Positions 51,540 through 64,000 of a stretch of 64,000 nucleotides of DNA are shown piece by piece (position 1 is the first letter of the stretch; each line of letters opens with the position of its first letter). Both the position numbers and the translations under genes were made by a program. Below the pieces are notes generated by a model. The model saw only the letters and a program-made list of their open reading frames with translations, made no database searches and had not been told where the DNA came from. The stretch comes from Lingula anatina (Eukaryota > Animalia > Brachiopoda): assembly GCA_051362555.1 (NCBI GenBank), contig CM120641.1, positions 7,130,001-7,194,000 on the forward strand, in the 5' to 3' direction.

Positions 51540-53958
51540 CCTCACTCTTAGGACTTCCAAATGCAATGCTATGTTTTTGAAGTGAAACTGAGTTCATATC
51601 ACAGGGCAGAAAGTTAAAATGCATTTGTCTTAGTACATAAAGGTTGAGAAAGACCACTGCATATGGGCACTACCGTTGTCTTTTTTCTACTCTTTTTTTA
51701 TAAGTGGAAAACTGGTGCTAGATAATATTGTGTGTTGTTGTTCATGTTCACTTGATACTCTTTTTTACAGAAAAACGTGTTTTTATGCAGCCCGAACAAC
51801 TGGCAGTGTGTACTTATGAAAACAATGAAATGTCATTTTGCATTGTTACAATATTGGTACACTTTTTTGCTGCTGATAAGCAAGATGTAATTGTTAAGGA
51901 CAAGCACTTCCACCATCTATGATGCCAGATGTGCATTCATTTGCAACTCTCAGGAGATGGCTCTTTGGTGCCAGCTACCTGTCACCCCTTAAGCCCCCTT
52001 TACATGGATGATTTCTTTTCTGCGTCTTGTAGTATGGTCCTGTTTGAGAGTAAAAAAAACTTGCTGACAACTGACCAGTCATTGAGCATTCATTCTGCAT
52101 CCAAAGGGATGTACCATTGTAAAAAAAAAAAATAATTACTTATTTTGATACCATGAAATGCCTTTATAAGACTATCATTATAATTTCTTCAGAGTATTAG
52201 TAAGTTTCATAAAGAGGTCACAAATAATAGCTACACCTGTCACAAATAAGACATTGGTGGTATCTCACATTTGCATTCAGGAAATGGAGTTGGTAGCTTA
52301 TTTAATGCATTAGTAAAAAGAACAATTTGTGAAATTAGATAATGTTAAGTGGATTTAGATTTTTGAGGAGACAGAAACTTGACTATTGAAGTAATGCATT
52401 TGCTTTAGTTTAATTTTATGTCCCTTGACCTTCCAGTCATTTCAGAAATCCATAATAATGATTGGAGCAGCCTCTGTTGTTTTTATAAATTTTATAAGCA
52501 TTATTGTGAAATGAACAAGCTTAATGTCTACTGTCTTTTTGATTACTACAGAGGGAATAATCCTACTGATGTAAAATTTCAAAGTTACAGACAGCAGGTC
52601 TTTTGGTATCCTGTTTACTTTTTCATTGAAATAGGGATCAGCAGCTAAAGACATTCCATAATATTAGCAATCACTTTTCATAATTTAATTTAAATATTGG
52701 CCAAAGGTTTATTTGTTCATCTTAATTGTAAATATATATCACACTTGACCCATTCTGAGATTTGTCCGATGTGGACTTCCTTTTCCACTCAGTAGCCAAA
52801 CGTCTATTTTTTTCCAATGGACACAGTAAAGTTTGTATTGTTGTTTGTAGCCATGTCATTGAAATAAATACTTTTGTTAATTAAAGTGTTCTCTTTATTA
52901 TTTATTTATTTTATTAATTTTTTTTTTTTTTTGAGGAGATGCAAAAAAATATTTTCCAGATGGTAAAAATGCAAAAATGAAAACATGAAGTAACTGAAAT
53001 GTGCTTTCAACTCTTTATCTTAAAAACAAGAAACAAAAAGCTCATTTATCTTACAAAGCTTGAATGGTATTTGTAATTTGATCATTATTATAAAACATTT
53101 CTAAAGCATGCAATTAATTGCAATGATGCACAAGTTTATATTAATGGGGCTTATAGTTACAGTTACTTTTAACAAAATTACTCCAAGACAACTTGTGTCG
53201 TAAATGCATTTTACAATTGCCCCCATGGGTTTCTGTCACAGTGACCACCATGGACAGTTATGAATTGTGAACTTTAATTTTTGAACCGCTTCTACTATTT
53301 ACACAATTTAAAAGAACCAATAGGTTCAATGGTCTGCCATGATTTCAGTCTGTCTAATTGGTAGACACTGTTTTTCAAATCATAAGTATGTTCATTTAGT
53401 TGGCAATGATACCAAGTTATAATCCAGAGGCATAAAGCTGTATCAGATCAAATCCATCTTTGTGATGCCTTAGTAAATCTTCCAGACATGCTTTATCTGC
53501 TGAGGGTGGATTGCTTTTTTTAAGTGACATACACCAGCTTCCCTCATTTTCTAAGATCATCTCTGTAAAACCCAGTATCAGAATCCCTTTGTCCATTCTG
53601 AAACAATGCCAATGTATTCATTTTAAATTATTGGGTGGCAAAACAGAAATAGAATATGCAACAATTTTAAACAATAAAGGGCTGACTAGCCAGAAAGGAT
53701 GCGACATCCCCAATAAACTTATCTCAAGGCAAACCATCTATGCCACAAATACTTTTAAGATATCAAATATGTGTACATTAATAAAGGGGAAAAGGTTAAT
53801 GACCCATTTTGTTAAGGGGGTGAAGGTATAAGTGCTATTCTATGCTATTCTTGTTTACTTACAAACTCAAAGAAAGTCAAATACAATCTAGACCTCACCC
53901 TCTCAGTCATTGTTGAATTTATATCACTGTGCCTCATCTCACCTGCTCACTCCCTCCA

Positions 53959-59339
<5,381 letters not shown>

Positions 59340-60200
59340 TATTGCTTCTATCTCAACACCGACCGGCTTTTTGTCAAAGATGGCGAAAGCGTGCTTGGTG
59401 GTGGCAGCACTGGTAACTTTGTTTTTAATTCTGAGGACAAGCTACAAATTTGCGTTGAATTCTTCAAATCACGGATAACTGTGGGCTAAATATTACTATT
59501 TATTCACGCAAATGCACTTTTCGACCATTTTGAAAAGCAGCTTAAAACGTATTTGCGATTAGATTTTAATTTATTTTTGATATTGCCCCGTCTTTTGAAA
59601 TCAAAATCCGGGTATTTCAACTATGGATGCCTACTGCGCCATGCAAAGGCACTGATGCAAAGGGTAACCATCGCACCAGTAAATGAATACTTGCATGTTT
59701 GGAAACATTTTAACGACAATTTACAGCCTTCTCAGCCAGTCCAATACAAATATTTACAATAGGCTCATGTTGGCGGGTTCATGTCCGAAAAATAGAAGAG
59801 ATAGGTATCATATTAATTGTACGTGTAGGGCCTACAGCCTTACAAGCTTACGGTGCCCTTACCGCAGATAAAGTTTCTGCAGGTAAAGGTACCTAGCTTC
59901 TAAGGCTGAAAACCGAGATAAATGCAGGGTGCCTTTGTGATGCTACATGTACGTAATTTAGATATTGACCCACGTTGAACATTTCGTTTTAACTTCCCGT
60001 TTTTTTTTTTTTTGTTTGTTTGTTTGTTTGGTTTTTTTTGTTTTTTTTTTTTTTTTGTTTTTTTCCAATATCAAATTTATTTCAGAAGAGCAAGCGTATG
60101 TCACACTAACACAATATAATTTGCCTTTTAAACTTAAAACATGAATCGAGTTGCATGAAAATTGCATGGTAGCACACTTGCATGCGCATGCTGGGTACCA
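59340..60200. promoter_or_regulatory. Bidirectional promoter region of ILF2 and INTS15
   Basis: Divergent genes 1.3 kb apart. YY1-type AAGATGGCG at 59377-59385 and GCATGCTGGGTA (reverse complement of TACCCAGCATGC) at 60186-60197. Confidence 0.55.
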
Positions 60201-60660
60201 TGGTGACTGAGATTAAATCACAATTCTAACAGTTTTATCTGAATTTATAGTTTTATGTTTACACACATTAAAAGTGAAATCATGATTTACCTTTCTAATT
60301 CTGGTAACTGTATTTGCGCTAACAGGGGAGCCAGTGTATGTCTTTTTTAACATGAACATTAGTTTCCAGTCTCTACAATCATTTCGGAAAACATATCAAC
60401 ATCTGTAGCTAGCATCAATTACATTCCCAAGAGATTTTATACTGTGGTAAAAAGTTTAAATTTACATCAGTAGAATCCTACTTGTGAGATGGATTATTTT
60501 AAAAGGAAATCTGGTAATGCTACTGCATTCACACGAGAGGCTCTGCAGCGATAAAATTGAAATTAGCCACTAATCATGATTAAAAATGCTGTGTGTGAAC
60601 CCGTAGCCTTGTAGTGGCATCTGTTGTGCTTTGCAGCCGTGAAGATCCAAGTATCCTATA

Positions 60661-63426
60661 ATGGAAAGTGTGGAACATTTGCGTCACCTGGAATTCCCTC
60701 ACTCAACCCAGCTGGCATTACAGTACATACAGCAGCACTCTGGAGATTGTGACAGTACTTCCACAGAAGACAGGATACCTGGGCTGGGGAGTGGCTCTGA
60801 GAGCATCACCCAAGAGCTGGCACAGGAGTTTGTGTTCTTTCAGACACCTGGGAGACAGGTAAAAAAGATCAAAGCTTTCCTACACTTAATCACATTCTTA
60901 TAAATGACAGTGGTTGGCTGAGGGAGTGTTAGAAGGATTAGAAGCTGGAAAAGCATGTGTGACTAAAAATCATAACTCTAGGAATCTATTCATGCTCAGT
61001 TTTTCTTTTAGAATTTTTCTTTGTTTCTTCCAGAAGTTGTCAGCCATTCAGGAGTTTCAGTTGATAGAGCTCCTGTGTAATTATTTCCATGAGCAGAAGG
61101 ATGGTGGTAAAGCGCAGGCCATCTTCAATACACTGTTTGACAGTCGCCCAGGGTTGTTCCAAGCCTACCAGCTCAGTGTTCTCAGCAGCCTGGTATCCAT
61201 GGGTGTGGCCATGAAGTGCACTGTCTTATTAGATTGTACAGCCATCTGGATCCAGGTGAGTAAAGGTTTGCATCATCTGTAATACTGCAGTGTAGGTAAA
61301 ATAACGTAATTGCCTTCGTTGTCAGTTATTCAGTTATGCAGGTTCAATTACTCACCCTCCATAAGCTTTAAAGTCCCGGCATGATAATAATTTTTTGTTG
61401 ATGTGCAATGTGAACTATTGTATAAAACATAGTCATGTTGACTTATTTGAATAGTGGTCAAATTGAAAATGAAGAATGCAGGAAACTCTAACTAATGTGT
61501 ATGTACAATGCTGGAAAATACTACACTGTGTGTGTGTGTCTGTGTGTGTGTGTGTGTGTGTGTGTTTGTTTGTGTGTGTGTGCGCGCGCATGCGTGCGTT
61601 CTGAAACATTGCATACAAAATTTAACTGGTCATGATAGCACAGAGTGAGTTGCATGTTTTACCCATTTTGCATCATAAGTCTAATAATTTAGTAATTTCT
61701 TTTATTCTAAATTATTAAATTTTTTTACAGAAACATGGTTACAGCACTCAGAATTCGGAGAACTTAATCAGGGATTTGGTAAAGGATTATTGTCTCCTGA
61801 TTCCTGGGACTACATCCGTCTTAGAAGAATTACCACAGATATCAGCAAAATTTGCCTGTAGCTTCATAGCTGTCACCTCTGCTATTTACAATATGTCAGG
61901 TAAGGTATTTTTCCAATTGTCTTGTCTCTTCACAAGTCATGTTTTTTTTTCTTTTTTTTTTTTGTCTTCTAATTGTTTATAATTAAGGTTAGAGTGATAG
62001 CAAAATCTTGACCAAATTCTGTATATTTCCAAAGTTCCAGACACAGATATTCCATTTTCCTTGCTGCAACTGATCACAAAATGGGTGGAGCAGGATCCAA
62101 CACTCTGCTTACAACTGCTGCCACCTGTTAGTCACTCCCTCAAGACAAGCAGTGCCAAATCTGTTGTACTGCATACACCTATTCTAGGACTTCTTGCTTG
62201 GTCAGTAGTGATTCCTATAAAGAAAGAACTAAGGACTTTACGCCAGAATGAGCAACAAAGTAATGGGACCAAGACCATTGATTCTCAGGCTGTGCGTTTG
62301 GTATCAGACAGTGAATTTTCTGCTGAAACTTTGTGCTCCAGGCTCCATTTGGGCCTCTTGAAGACAATTTTAGTGATTGGTTCATCTCCTCAGCACATCC
62401 AAATACATTTACACATCCAGGATGTGCTCAGTTTAGCCCAGGAGGTGGCGACACTGAGCTCTGGGAGGACAGGACTGAAGACTGTGCTTAGTGGGGCTGA
62501 AAGGCTGCTTCAAGCACTCCAGGTGGCTATGTATGTGAAGGCTTGCAGATGCCAAGCAGGTAAGGGAAGGTTTTTCCCCTAATATTTAAGCAAAATACGG
62601 TATTGACTCAAACCTTTAAATGGAGAAATTATCAATTATTCAAAAATGTGATTTTGGAATCATTAAATGTAGCATTTGTGGTGCTTTTCCTGCATAGAAT
62701 AGAACTTTAATTTTTTTTAATTTATGGGTTTAAAAATACAGTATCTGTAAAATTGACAAATATTTCCTTTGAAAATATTGAGTTATTGTTGTAAATTAAA
62801 TATGTGCAGTAAATTTTGAAAATTTGAATATGAAATATGGTGACATACATTTCATTCTTAAGTATCTTGGAAAGTCAATTGTTAATGGTTAGTGCTAACT
62901 GCATATTAGATTATCGTTGGTTAATATTCTATTTTCATTTTTGCTGAAAGTGAAATAGTTCAATAACAAACTTCTTTTTTTATTTATTCTATACTTTCTT
63001 GTTTTTTTCAGAAGATTTGAAAAACCTTGGGAGGACACTTCCAACAACCAGGTAAATGATCTTTTCTGAGTGTAGATATGTCTTTAAACATATCAAAATA
63101 ATTATATCTATAATACCATATTACACACCTTGCACAAATACAAACTTCTTTGAAAAAACACAGTTGTTCAGCTGTTTTGGTTTTTTATTTTTTTATTCAT
63201 TATTATTTTTATTAAGTATTCTCTTCTCTGAAATCTGAATTGATATTGAAAATAAGGAGTTATGCTCAACTCAATAACCAGTTAAAAGTAATTGAAGTGT
63301 TTGATAAGATCTTATGTAAAGAACCACTTGTATGTTAATAATAATTAATTACATTTCAGATTACTTGATATTCTGCTTCAAAGATTGAGCTCCACATCTG
63401 CATCACATGAACCTATGGAACATTGA
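60661..63426 (+). CDS. INTS15: Integrator complex subunit 15 (C7orf26 homolog), 6 coding exons
   Basis: Exons 60661-60858, 61034-61255, 61731-61899, 62035 (or 62041)-62559, 63012-63051, 63360-63426. Peptides KLSAIQEFQLIELLCNYFHEQ, LVSMGVA, LDCTAIWIQ and LVKDYCLLIPG resemble C7orf26 as I recall it. An acceptor at ~60636 implies a 5'UTR intron. Confidence 0.85.
61527..61582. repeat. Interrupted (TG)n microsatellite in an INTS15 intron
   Basis: Read directly from the sequence. Confidence 0.93.
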
Positions 63427-64000
63427 ACACCATCAGGGGCAAATAAGAGAAATAGGATTTCTCTAGTTCAAGTTATCATCAAATTTTTGGCCCAAGTTAT
63501 AAAATGAACTCAACAACAATGTGCTTTTTTATGTTATGTTTAAACACTATATCAAGGACACTTGTAAATAAATCTATTTACCATCGAGTGGATAGCCTTG
63601 CAATTTGTTCTTTTTTGAGAAATATACAAGATAAAAATACAATTTTTGATCATACAAGGCCATTGGGAAAGTTTTTCTCTGGTCCACTCTTGAGTAACAA
63701 TTTTACATTATTTTTCCACAACATTTGCTTAACTAATAGACATCGAAGTAAGTATATAAAAAGATTTGTAAGGTTATTGACACCAAATGAGATCAGTCGC
63801 ACAGGGCTTAGGTCACCGTCTATTTATCAAGTCGTGATTGTCAAATATCCGGAGATTTCCAGACAAATATTCGGACATTTCCGGAGACTTACTCAAACAT
63901 GTTATTTCATGCATATGCGTTTAGAGGTTAAATATTCAGTTGTCCACTTGGGAAGACTTGGTATTTAGAATATGTTGAAATGTCTTTTAAAAATAGATTT

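Noticed and set aside
63504-63968. 154-aa ORF after INTS15
   Set aside because: It lies in the 3'UTR or flank and has no recognisable motif; part may be a repeat fragment.

Overview
This is AT-rich animal genomic DNA with spliceosomal GT-AG introns and microsatellites, most likely from a marine invertebrate (a spiralian is my inference). It has three zones. (1) 1-19.5 kb is a gene desert around a single-exon FoxG gene (- strand). (2) 19.6-41.5 kb is a young tandem array of seven METTL27/WBSCR27-like SAM methyltransferase copies with intronless CDSs, all on the - strand, built from a ~7.2-7.4 kb unit. Five copies are intact, one is frameshifted and one is a deletion remnant; they fall into at least two divergent types and carry polymorphic MITE insertions. 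(3) 42.7-63.4 kb holds two head-to-head housekeeping pairs, ARPC1(-)/CNPY3-4-like(+) and ILF2(-)/INTS15(+). The most notable observations are the birth-and-death methyltransferase array with a hAT-ended block found only at its internal junctions, a possible shared leader exon, miR-9 and miR-8/200 seed sites downstream of FoxG, and the same ZNF143-like 12-mer in both bidirectional promoters. All calls were made by eye without database searches, so exon borders may be off by a few bases.
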